This document shows, in pieces, positions 28,177 to 53,116 of a stretch of DNA of 64,000 bases. Position numbers and translations under genes: made by a program. The stretch is from NCBI GenBank assembly GCA_040954595.2, contig CM082594.2, positions 6,395,962 to 6,459,961 on the forward strand. Direction: 5' to 3'. The first letter of the stretch is position 1, and each line of letters begins with the position of its first letter. This DNA comes from Balanoglossus misakiensis. Lineage: Eukaryota; Animalia; Hemichordata. Under the pieces are notes generated by a model, which worked only from the letters and a program-made list of their open reading frames with translations, ran no database searches and was not told where the DNA came from.

Positions 28177-31100
28177 GTATGTATTTGTGACTGGATTTTC
28201 CAGAATTTTCTGCCGTTTTATTTTCCCGCTGGGGATCAGTTCCCTGAAGATGCTGTACAGGTTTGTGTTAGTTGTGACGTCTGGATGTCCTGACAGAGCA
28301 TAGCTGTTCAAACCGTCAGACTATTGACCATGGTTACTTGTTAGTGCGTCACAGCTCTGTGTGGAATATGTCATGATTTCAAATCTTTGGAGGAGTTTCA
28401 CTGGAAGACAGAGACTGCCATCAGAGTGTAGCCACGTCTAGTCTAAGTCAAGAAACATTTTTTTGTTTCAACTGTGCTTGGATTTTCACTGGCGCTGTCA
28501 AAAGCGGTGGTCAACAGAAATGATATGACGAAATTTTTTTGCATCAGCTGCACAGTTTGTGCAAGTGTGATTGCTAAACCCCGTTGGATGTTTATCCACC
28601 ACGCTCAGCTGTGGTTTTCTCTCTCTTTTGACGATCAACTTTCAAACTTCTCCATTGGTTAGAGGAGAAATTCAACCTGGCCCCCGCAGCCGCGTTGATG
28701 CTGAACTTTCCTGAACCAGAGGGAATCCAGTCGTGAGAGAACGCAGCGTGTGCAGACTTGAAAAATGGTCTTGCCGTGAAATATGTGATGCTATGATAAA
28801 GCAGACAGCACACATGCCAGAGTTCACTGCAGTAAAAAAAAGGCAGAAATTGTATTTTACAGAGATGCACAGTTCTTATCGTTTCTTCATAAAAGTAATT
28901 TACATTTGAACATTTACTCGACTGCAAGCCGATACAGGGTCATCCGTCTTCCCCTGAAAGCACATTAAAATTTTACGTTTTCAATTTGTGGCCCATCTTT
29001 CACAGACGACTAATGCACACAGTCATTAACGTGGCTACCTGGGTCATTATCTCTGAAAAGTTACATCGCAGTCCCTCGCAAGTTAACATGCGACTCTCAA
29101 TCAGAAGCCCGGCGTAATTAATATCTCCCTGCGCAATCACGCGATCTAGCAATTAAGGATTGTTTTTAACTCCCTCTAGTCGTTTCGTGTGGACGTTGAT
29201 GCATGGTTAGGGTGCGTCCCCCCTGACACCGGTGGCCATTCCTCAAAGTACGGAAACGGTAGAGAGTTTTATGCCGGCTGGCCGCCAGCCACTGTTGCTT
29301 CCATTCCTCTCCATCACTCCTGCTTCCACTGGCGGTTGATGGGACATGGAAGCAAAATTAATGGATGGTTATCATCAGGAATCGTCCGCTCTCCGTCTGC
29401 GCCTAGCGTACATAACCTATTAGCTGAACTCTGCCAGTGGTATGGCGCTGTCAAAAGAAGTATCAGTTTCATGCCATCCTCAGTCTCGTCGTCCGTCTGT
29501 CCGTGTTCTCGTAGACGGGCGCTCAGCGCTTGTTTACCGGCCAGTGGAATTATCACGGATTTGATTTCTGCCGGTTATGGACCAGAGTTCAAGTATTTTG
29601 TTTGGAGAGGCGGTTTACATCAAGCTGTAGCCTCTTGCTTGTGTAATTGTAGTCTGCAGCTTTGGAAGAGAATGCTGAGGCCGGGTACATGTAGTTGTCT
29701 TATTTTCTATCCTGCAGAATTCCAGTTGCCCCTGTGGGTTGAAGGGGAGTAACCTGGGGGATCTTGAAGGTGAAACTTCGGGCGTAACTTGATCCAAACA
29801 ACTGTTCCACCACATCACTTCTGATGTAATAGCCCAAGATGCTCTGCTCCAATCACCAAAGCGCCACCCCCCGCCCTCACTTGAAACAAAATGGACATTG
29901 TGAAATTGTCTAAAAGCACAGCAGATTTTGGCATCTGACACACTGTTATCCTCACTGCAAAATGCCAGTGGATGTTGGATGTAAACATTGGTCGCTGATT
30001 CCAGCTTTTGTCAATGAGAATGCCATGCCAAGCCTTTGCATTGGGATTGACTGTGAGTGGTACAGGAAGGTTCTCCTGTTACAGGACGACCAAGATAAAC
30101 TCCCTTTTGCCATCTGTTCTCTCTGCATAAACCATCACTCAGCCATATTGGTTTGGTCAGACACACAGGCTTCATTCATATGCACGGGACGTACAACGCT
30201 TCAACTCATGCCCTGGGTTAAGAGTAATAAATCTGCAAAGCTTAGGAGTGTAACCTATGTCAGTTATTGTAAGGAACTCCTATCCAGCCCTTGGCTGACT
30301 TGGTTGATCCATTGTCATCGCTGTTCAGTTCATGGACGTGTAATATCCTCTTCGCCGTGCACGCATGCACCACATGCACGTTTGCATGCATGTGCACGTC
30401 CGAGCTAGCCTTCTTTAGGCATGTACTCATTTAGAAGTATTCTATTTCTGTGGGTTGCGGTTTGAGCAGAAGCTGCTTTTGTGGTTTCTGGTCGCAACGG
30501 ACCAGCCTTTGCTGAAAAGAAATCCCTCCTGGATGTCTGTTTTCTGGCAGGACTGGTTGTTTTTCATCCAGAGTCAAATTTATTAGCGAATGTGAATTGC
30601 ATATGTTGGGATGAATGCAGGGCTTATTCCCTGCTCTTTAAATCATGTTCGCAAGGCATGTTTAAACTTGTGCAAAGTCATTTTGAAAAACTGCATAGCC
30701 AAATAAACAAAGAGGGCAGCGTGAATCAATAAATTTCGAGTCGTTTTTTTAGGAGAATGTTGTTCTGCGCCACAGAAACTGTGCAGGTCTTTGAATGCAT
30801 GGGCATAGTGAGGTGTTTTCTTCTCTTTGATGAACTGTGATTGAAGTTAACAAACCTTCGTTGGTTATCCAGAGAATAGTCAATTAGTGGGAAAACACAG
30901 GCCTCAGTGTGGTGTTCACACTGCCTCCACCACCCTGCAATGCGTGAGGGGCAGGGGACTCTGTGGTGGTGTTTCTGTGTGTCAGTGATTGAGATGTCTG
31001 TGTTCTATCAAGACACTTCTTTGACAATAGTGGCTTGAGTAAAGTGAGGCATAATACTCTCACTATCAATAAAAAGAGAGAGAGAGAGAGAGTGCAAGAC

Positions 31101-31813
31101 ATATTTTCATTATCCAATACGAGGTGAAACTCATTATTAACTTTCCATGTTTTTACCTCAAAGATACACTTGATTTATCAGTAAATTTAGCTGAAAAATG
31201 TTCAGTTCACCCGTGACCACCTACCTTGCAGCAAATCTCATTAAATCTCTCTAATTAATACGCAAAATGATTTTATTTTTGCGGTCAATACTGGCACATT
31301 CATGGCTTCTGAAACTTTAATTAATATCTTGTTTGGAGTGCACTGGTGTGTTCAACGCAGTGTGGCTTCCATTTAATGAGGCCATCGCCATCTTGGAAGT
31401 GCTGTTGGTGCACAAGGTTTCATGTAGTAGTGGGGGGTTTGGCGGAAATCCCCATGGAGATTACTGCCCGGCTAGATTTTCATGTGACACAGAAAAATGT
31501 AAATAAAAATCTCATTTTCTGCATATGGTTTGGAGCTGTTGTGAACCATTTTTAGAGGAGTCTGATCTGGCTTATGAGAATGTACATGACATTGTGTATT
31601 TTTGAACAAGATACAGAGAATCTTGTGTGAGTTGCGATGTCTTGTTGTTTGGTTGTTATTCCCTCCAATAATGCCAGCAGAATATGGCTTTCGGAAGTTA
31701 TTATTTTTATACGAATGTAGGATACTAATTAGACATGTCATTTTGCTTATATTCCAGGTTGCCGTCGGAGACTTAACACTGCCGAATTCTCATGCTTCAG
31801 TCACTATAATTCT

Positions 31814-44709
<12,896 letters not shown>

Positions 44710-46199
44710 CCGTGACTGAGTATCAATGGGAGCGAGAATATATATGAGTGAGTCCAAACGAACTGCACAAACACACTTTGGTTGGGCCAAAAAAATGAGA
44801 GTGAGCGAGTGAGCGAGACAAACTCACGCCAACTTGCATGTTGACCAAGTTGCATGTCCACAATCATGTGTGTAATGGACTGCTGTCATCTTTCATTTTC
44901 CAATATTTGCATGAAATAAAAAAAAAGAAAATGTAATACAGAGAGGGGAGTTGTTGCTGTAGCAACAGTCGACAATTCCCAACAACATATTTATTGGTTG
45001 GTAGTTGTTGTAACTGGTCTCGAACCCCAGACCAGCTCGTAGTATGCTTCTGTTTTTATCAAGAAGTCAAGTTGAGTTTTTAGTGAAAAAAGACAGAATT
45101 CTAAATGTTTCTTTACAACTCAGAAAAGAGAGAAATAATTATTCAATTGGATGGGAGTAAATTCTTTTTTGCATGTATTTTTTTGGCATGAGTAGGTAAA
45201 TGGTGCAAAGGTCACAGTGTGACGAGAAATTTTAATAATTATTTATTATTAAATATTGCAACAGACATTAGTCTGTTTACCAATTTACCATAATGTTTAC
45301 CATAATGTTATGGATAGGGCAGAACTAAAAATGCCTTTTTTCTGCTGCTTTTTTGAGAGCAGCATTTTAGCAATCAGAAAAAAAAACAGTACTTATAATG
45401 GACTTTGCTACTTCGTTTGAATAGAAGCGTGAAAAATAAAAATAAATAGTATTTTTCTGAGAAATGTTGAGTAGTAGATATCTTTCTAGTTTGTGGTGGA
45501 CTTTAGAATGAAAGTTGTTTTTTTCAAAGCCTGTACAAAAGCTGTGCTGTAACACTGTATTGTTATAATTCCATACTTAACTGTAGAACTGAAGTATTTT
45601 AGCTAAATTATAGGGGAAAAGGACTTTTTTTCAGCTGTCATTGCAAAACTGTAATTAAAAAGTAGTCTTACGTCTTAAGCTCAGGAACGGTTGTTTTAGG
45701 TCCGGTTGAGTTTTTTTCCTCTGTCATGTCTGCCATTGTTATTTAAAGCCATATGAAAAAAAAGTGTTTAAATTATTAACTTATGTGTATGTACTTTATT
45801 CGATGTCTTGCCATAGCAGTGTTTAGAGAGATATTTTCCATGTTGTATTCCATCCTATAATTATGTTGTCTTTATTGTGGTAGTTTTATTTAGTTTTGTG
45901 ATTGTGGGACCAAAGTAGATCAGAAGGAAACAAATGTTTTCTCAACTCAAAAGCCATAATATGTATTTAAAAGTGAATTTCTGGGATGATCTTGTAATAG
46001 ATCCAATGTGTACTACTAAAAAAAGTTTATTCAAAAGGTTTGGATTATGAAAAGAGTGTTCAACGTTACTTACTTCCAGACAAAAAAAAAGCTTTTTATG
46101 GGAGTTTATATCCGAGGCTAACTAAATGTGAGGTTTTTCCAGTGTGTGCCCATGCGTGTTAGTTTGAATTTCTCTTCTCCACATTTTTGTCTCTTCCAG

Positions 46200-46236
46200 G
46201 ATAAGGTCAGAAGTCAGTGTACTTGGAGCCATCTAA
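46200..46236 (+). CDS. PCBP: PCBP distal alternative last exon, short PCBP2/3-like tail: (R)IRSEVSVLGAI*; gives a 335-aa isoform
   Basis: Strong acceptor tttctcttctccacatttttgtctcttccag|G at 46199; phase 2 fits exon 12; the 12-residue tail has the length and pattern of the recalled human PCBP3 end RLTSEVTGMGTL. Confidence 0.85.
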
Positions 46237-49200
46237 ACCTATCCCATCATGCATCAGGCCATCAATTGTCTCCTAGCCCTCTATAACTTATCAAAATTGT
46301 TATCCCAAAGTTTTTTTTTAATGAAAAGAGGTGTCCAAAGTGGGTGCTTGATTAAAAATGCAGAGGTTGTTTTTAAAGTAAAAGAAATAAATATATCAAA
46401 GTCTGAATGAAATTTGTGCAATGGCGGTTGCATGAGAAAAAAAGCAATTTTTTAGATTTCTTTGGAGCTGAAATCGCTGATTTCCTTCAACAGTAATATG
46501 ATGTGATTTTACCTAGTCTGTAATCTGCCAGCTGTGTGCTGCTGAGTCTGTGACTGTGCCCTCTCACAAAGCATCCAGTTCAATTGCAGAATTTGTGCCC
46601 TTCACCCTCTGGCCCTGTAAATGGGACCACCCCTACCAGTGCATTTAACCAAGTCATACCAAAGCATTGGGGATGAATATTAAACCCAGCCACTCAATTC
46701 TTATTTTATCCAAAATTTTGAATACGAGTGTGCCACACATGCACTTTGACCACTTCCATACCATTCATTTGCTCATGAACTGTGACCACTTCCTCAACCA
46801 ATCAATGCACTTCCTGAAGAAAATTGCCCCTTCCCATTCCCACTCCAAATGCTTTGTAATTTGGGAATGTATGTACAGGGTCTGTGAAGAGTTGAATCAA
46901 GCACCACTGATGTAAACGGCCTGACAATAGACTCAGCAACTCAAAACTGGCAGTTAGTATTTTGAAAAAAAAAAGAATTGCGTCTGTAAAGTTAATTGTG
47001 GGACCAAGAATGTGATTGTATTATAAAATAATATTTTAGAACAGACAATTTTTAACTTGGTTGCCGTTGAATTATGAATTTGATCTTCGCCTCATAAAAT
47101 AGAAAGAATATTAAGAACATTAGAAAAAATAATGAAATCTATTTATTTATTACAAAGTACTTAATGTCTTTAACTTTTTGTGTACTATTTAAAATATTGG
47201 TATTTGATGCATGTTGTCAGAGTGCTGAAACTTGTGTTCGACTCACTGGTGTAATTCAGCAAAGTTGCCAGAATATGTTTGTCAGAACAGATAGGTATGC
47301 AAACAATCTTCTGATTGGTGCATACCATGTTGCAGTGGGGCCATCGTCCTTTTTCAAGCCAATCAAAAAACACGTTCTGTAGTGTTGAGCCAGACTGACA
47401 TTCATATAAGCAACAAGCTACTGATTGGCTGATGAGCTGTGTCACTTGGCCCACCATCCTTTTATAGCCAATCAGGACACAGGTTCTATCTTGCTGTGGT
47501 TTACTTCCAGTGGTGACACAAACATTACAAGAAGTTTTACATACTGCATTTTGCTGTTTGCAAACAGTGAGGAAGCCAGTCAGGTTGGGTTTTTTGGTTG
47601 CCACAACAAATCGATGTTAGCAACTCAGTATCTCACCAAGATTTGCACATAAATTTTCCGCTGCCGGAATGTTTGATTTTGAGAACAGTTTCAAATGTCA
47701 TATTACCAATATTGCATCTCATTTTCACATCTTTTAGATTGTTCATTCTGGTTAATATTTAACATTGTTCATTCTGGTAAAATGTTACCTATGTAAGGAG
47801 AAAAACACAAATTTCCATGAGTCGGTCACAACTCGCTTATTTTGGAACAATCCATCTAATGTGGAAGCAGGGGTGGGAAGACTATCGCATTTGCAGACTT
47901 GGCTTCCTCTCTGTGGTAATGCAGGATACAACTCAGGATGTAAGATTTTAAAAGAAAAAAAAATCTTTAATCTTGCCAGAGTATTTTGTTTCTCATTTTC
48001 CATTTCTAGTCGTGTACTCTTAACCCTAGCAGTACTTAACAGACGATGTAGTGTAGCGTACTCCCTCACCAAAATCAGTTCATTTTATGGAAATTTTGAA
48101 TCGGTTCAGTGGTTACTAAATACATAGGTGAGTATGTCAGATTTGCGCGGTGATTAACAAAGATGGCTGCGTAGCAGTGTGTGAACTTTGACTATACAAA
48201 AACGTTTGAGAGGTTTAACATTGGTGCTGGGATTCGATCTAAAATCATTAGCCTGCTGTTCGTTGCTATATTTTGTAAGATGAAAAATGTGCAACGCCCT
48301 CGTTTGTTGGGGGATGAATACTTGCAGCCAACTGTTGCCATGGTTAGAGTATTGTTTACGTTAAAGAGTTGTAACTCAGCAACTGGTTTCATATTTTTCT
48401 CTGAACTTAAATGAGACGATGCCGAAAACCCATACGCCTTGAAAGAAAGATTTATACCCAATATTCCCACCACACTTTCGCAATACCCCATCCCCACCTA
48501 TAATCAATTTTCCAGTGTTCGTGTGCTGTGGTTTTATTTAATTAATTAAATGCCAGTGGACCCAAAACTAGGTTACATTTTGTAATCATTCATTGGATCA
48601 ACGAGGGATCAAAATGAGCAACCAAAACCCACTGCAAAAACAGAGTGATACACATTTTAAAACTTAAATCTTAAAAATTGCAAATGAGTTGCTCAATGTG
48701 AACAATAGTATGATACCTAACCTTTTAAAATCATTGATTATTCCAACTACTTTCAAATATCTAAACAAATCCATTGTAAATTTTCAAATTTAAGAAAAAA
48801 AAATTCATTTAATACAAGTGTATCTCTCAAAATATGCTATTATAAAATAGACTGAATAAATTTGCCCACTGCCGAAAATGAACCAGCTTTAATAATTCCA
48901 CCTTCAATACTCTGTGTGATGGAAAGCCCCAATTGTTCTTTAAAGTAAGTTCTTTTCCACATCACAGAGTTTTAGAGGTGGGTGAGATAAATATTGATGA
49001 TATTAACAGATGATTTTGTTTATTTTGTCTCTTGTGCTGAACAACTCAAAGAATTTAAATTTTTGTTTAAACAACTCTGTGTCAGATTGTTATTTCAAGC
49101 TTGTTTCTGGGGCAGCTGCTGCAGAGGTGAGAGCTAATTTGGGTCAGGAGTGGCATGTTGCCATGACGACACCACAGGTGCTTAGTCGACCTCTGTGCGT

Positions 49201-50240
49201 GACATTTGGTGCAAGTTGCTGCAGTTTGGTTTTCAATTACACTCCAATCAACATACTGCAAGGATATGGTTTTACTTAAGTACGCCGTATTGTCGCGGAA
49301 CAATTTATGACACGACACGTATTTTTAATGCAGCTTTACATTTGACATATAAATTCAATTTCTATCAAAGAGTTTACATACACGTCAAACCATAGTGTCA
49401 CCTACTTAACGGGCTACCTCTGTTTTTCCCACACTGATGACAATACGTCCAGGCAGCTTTGAAGCACTCGTGTTTTTTCAGTTTCATTATCCACAACCGA
49501 CAAAAACCAAATATCAGTTGGCTTATTCATGGTGCAGCACAGAACCAGGCAACTTCCTAACTAGTGTTAAAGACCCTCCCATAGTGAAATAAAAATATAG
49601 ATTTGTGCAGAAATTAGAATTTGAAGATTTTTAAAGTTCTGTGTATACTGGACTGGCTATGTCTACAACTGTGGCAATAAATTCTACGTAAAAAATTTTG
49701 AACGACTTTTATTAGGAAAGACCAACTGTGGAATGATATTACGAAAAAAAAATTAAAACAAAAAAATAGTATAATAATTATCTCTCCTACTTAGACATAG
49801 TCATGACAATTGAATTCTTTATCCTGTATAAGTTATTGTATATGCATTCATGTTTTTTTTCTTGTTTGTGTGGGGTTCATTTCCATATTTTGTGTGGTGT
49901 GAGCACAGATGTTTTACTTTGCCCAGTCTGGGGAATGTTTAGATTCAAACATTTGTATTTTCCCAATTTTTTCCTCAAAGAAAACATTCATTACGTACTG
50001 ATATTTAACAACAAGAGAGGCATCCGCTTTGGACACTGGATATTGCGTTGTTAAGAGAAACACCATCTCAACAGAGCTTTAACTATTATGTATATTCATC
50101 CATTATCTCAACGATTTTATTAATTTTATCTTATTTTATGTCGTTACTTAAACTTTAAAGTATAATATGTTATTTTTTCCTTCAGTACTGTGTTCTATCT
50201 GTGAATTTAAACTGTAATAAAGGAGTATTATAGATACTTT
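46237..50240 (+). other. Probable long 3'UTR of the distal PCBP isoform
   Basis: AU/U-rich non-coding sequence with several AATAAA hexamers; the one at 50216-50221 is followed by a U/GU-rich tract. The end point is inferred. Confidence 0.5.
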
Positions 50241-50538
50241 TCTGGCTTTGTCACTATTTTTCCGTGGGAGAAATCAGCATGGTTGGCCGGGTGTGAAGTG
50301 GGATCAAAATTATTATAATACGAGGCATGTGTCTTGTATGCAGCTTGGGTATGAAGAGCCCCAAATGGGACACAGTCACCAGCAAGTCAAAAGAGGTGGA
50401 TTGCATATTGACGATGATGTCATTTGTTCTCCAGAACTTGTTCTGCAGTACTGACAATGGAAGATTCCTAATCTTAAAATTATGAGTGATGATCAAGGGC
50501 CCAGTGATAAGCGGAAGGGAAAAACGTTTGTTGAATAC

Positions 50539-50552
50539 CCTCTAGGTGGCGC
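50539..50552 (+). promoter_or_regulatory. CTCF-like motif between the convergent genes
   Basis: CCTCTAGGTGGCGC closely matches the CTCF core CCWSYAGRKGGCRS. Confidence 0.55.
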
Positions 50553-51636
50553 TCATCATCCCATATGGTAATTTTGATGGTATGTTACATGATGGAGGAA
50601 AGTTGCAATTTACAAGTCTGTCAAAGAAAACAGCATTGAGAGGACAGTGCCCATATCTGACCAGAAGTGCATGGTGTGATATACTTCAATGGTAAGTTAA
50701 TGGTCTCATACTGATAGATTTCCAACACAGACCCGATGGAAATTGCTCAAAAGACACAATACAACACGCCAAATCAGAAAGGGTGTCTCATGATTACATA
50801 ACAGTAAATGTACACTGTACTGAAGATGCTTTATGAAATGATCAGTGAATAGCTAAATCCAAAGATGTGGTTGTCCTTCCATATTTTGAACAGAGTTTTC
50901 AAACTAGTTAGCTGAGTAAACATGCTGTAAACTACAACTGATGGCAAATTTGAAGACAGTCCATTGGCAGAAGCCCTTTTCCCTGCAGAATAACACGAAA
51001 TTAACACATACAACAACAGGAAAGTTGTTTCCATCTTGCATTAGTCTGTACACCGGTTTCAAGGGAGCCTAATCAGCAAATAGCCAATCTGATCTTACAC
51101 AAACAGGCCCAACACCTTTAGTCTGAATGACGCAAACCCCCATTAAAGGCTGAAAATTGATCTGATCTGCTGGCAACAAATTGGTGTAAATTACCTCCCA
51201 ATAGGAAAGCTTCAGCCGAGAATGTAATTGCCAATTATTAGAGAGATAACAGGAAGAATGTGTGTGACTCAATGGGTTTGATCTCAGCATGTGATGTCAC
51301 CTTGAGCTCAGGAGTTGGTCAGTACAGAAGCCATGGAGAGGTCAGTTCACTGCATGGACATAATTCAAAGCTCGATACACTTTGCCATGGTAATCATGCA
51401 CTTCCAACTTTACCTGTCTTGCTAAAGCTTACCTTTCTCTTTATTATTCAATAACCAAGTCTGCAATAATCAGGACTTCTCCAGGACCAAACAGGTGTCA
51501 AATTACGAGCTGAATATTCTTGTAGGACACCTGGTATTGAAGACTTGTTTTCCATACCGACTGGTGACCCCCAACGCCTTGATAGACAGGTTTATTCCGC
51601 ACTGAAACTGAAAAAGTAGGATGGAAACACGATTGT

Positions 51637-51642
51637 TTTATT
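51637..51642 (-). terminator. Candidate polyadenylation signal of the Kelch gene
   Basis: AATAAA on the minus strand followed by a GU/U-rich tract; about 1.5 kb after the stop codon; other hexamers lie nearby. Confidence 0.45.
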
Positions 51643-53116
51643 TAATTTTGTTTGTTAATGTATCGGTGTACGACATCAGAACATTTTGAGTAGTTTCCCA
51701 TATGAAGGTATAGATCAAGATGAAAAAAATATGAAAAAGAAAATTATAAAACGTTACAGCCTTGCAAGTCTCTCAGTTCAACATTCAACTCGAGTTCTGG
51801 TAGTACATAAAGAGCCAGGATATCACTTTGTCAACTAAAATAGCGAATTTATTACCTAAACTGTAAATACAATGTAGATGTATTGAAATCTACAGGTGAT
51901 TTTCTTCACTACACAACCAAAATTCTCTTATGTATAAACATTGACAAAATAAACTAATATTCATCGAAATGTATACACGTTTTTCCTTACATATACATCA
52001 GAAATAAGGAAACGGTCACATAGTAACACACATCTATAGAGAAGAGAGAAATCTATGTTCTAGGTCCACATTATTTCCCATAATGCGTCTGGTCTAAAAC
52101 ACTAATGTTATCCGTTAAAGGAACTGTTAGATGATTACAGGTTGTAAGACTTGAGCTCGTTCTCTTTTAGTCTAGTTGACAGCATAATAGTTTTCTTCGG
52201 TAAATATGTTTATTTTGACGTGTTAAGCACATGAATTAGTACACATTATTTCTTTCTCATAAAAGTGAATAACATCTCTGCGTTCTTACTGAAAAAAATT
52301 CATTAAAACTGAATCTGAGATTAGTTCTCTATTTGCGAATTGCTGAGTTTTATGTTCAAGTCTCACTGGTTTAAATACTGCTTCATTTAAGTTCATCTGT
52401 GGCTTGGTTAATGTAATGATTGAAATCAGCTTCAAATATTAATCACTTTCTGGGCCATAATTTAAAATTCAACTTACTTTGATAAATGTACGTATGCATA
52501 CTAGCATTCAGTAGAAACTTAAATCTATTGTTTTTCAAAATTTGTACATTCTAAAAATGCATAAATGGTGGACGATCTAGGAGGTTAAATACTGTGGCAG
52601 TAAAATGTTCTTTTTTTGTAACTTAAAATCCCAAGGACTTTGAGTACTTAGCTGATTTCAAGTGTTGATTTCGATTGAAATCTCATTTTAGATTTGGTTT
52701 CATGTGTATAGCCATCTCTGTGATAACAGAGTGACCGAAATAATTCTTTATTGTGTCAGTATCTCTGACTTATCCTCTCACTTTGGTTAAAGGTACACAG
52801 TCACCTGTGCAAAATTTCACCACAGTTACCGGGGAATCAACTTCTCTTATTATATGATGTACAGCCTGGTCCCATCAAATAGTGGTTGATAGTCAGGGTA
52901 AAGTAAGCTCCCTCATGTATACACTGATCCCTAAAACCCAAATATTATAAACATTGGTGTTAAGCCATTGTTACAATAGGGAACAGTTTCTGATGAAGGA
53001 AATTGGGATTGATAATGGTAAAAAGAACTATTTCAAGTGGACAGCTACAATATCACCTTGATCATACTGCATCGAAATTTCATTGATATACTAGGAGTGA
53101 CCATGGCGTGTTTCTA

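Noticed and set aside
29189-30408. 187-aa and 148-aa plus-strand ORFs in the PCBP 5' intron region
   Set aside because: Cys/Trp/Ser-rich random-looking translations with no motifs or splice support; explained by locally higher GC.
45211-45223. GTCA-CAGTG-TGAC stem-loop as an iron-responsive element (attractive because PCBPs chaperone iron)
   Set aside because: The loop is 5 nt with a 4-bp stem; it lacks the 6-nt loop, 5-bp upper stem, C bulge and lower stem of a canonical IRE.
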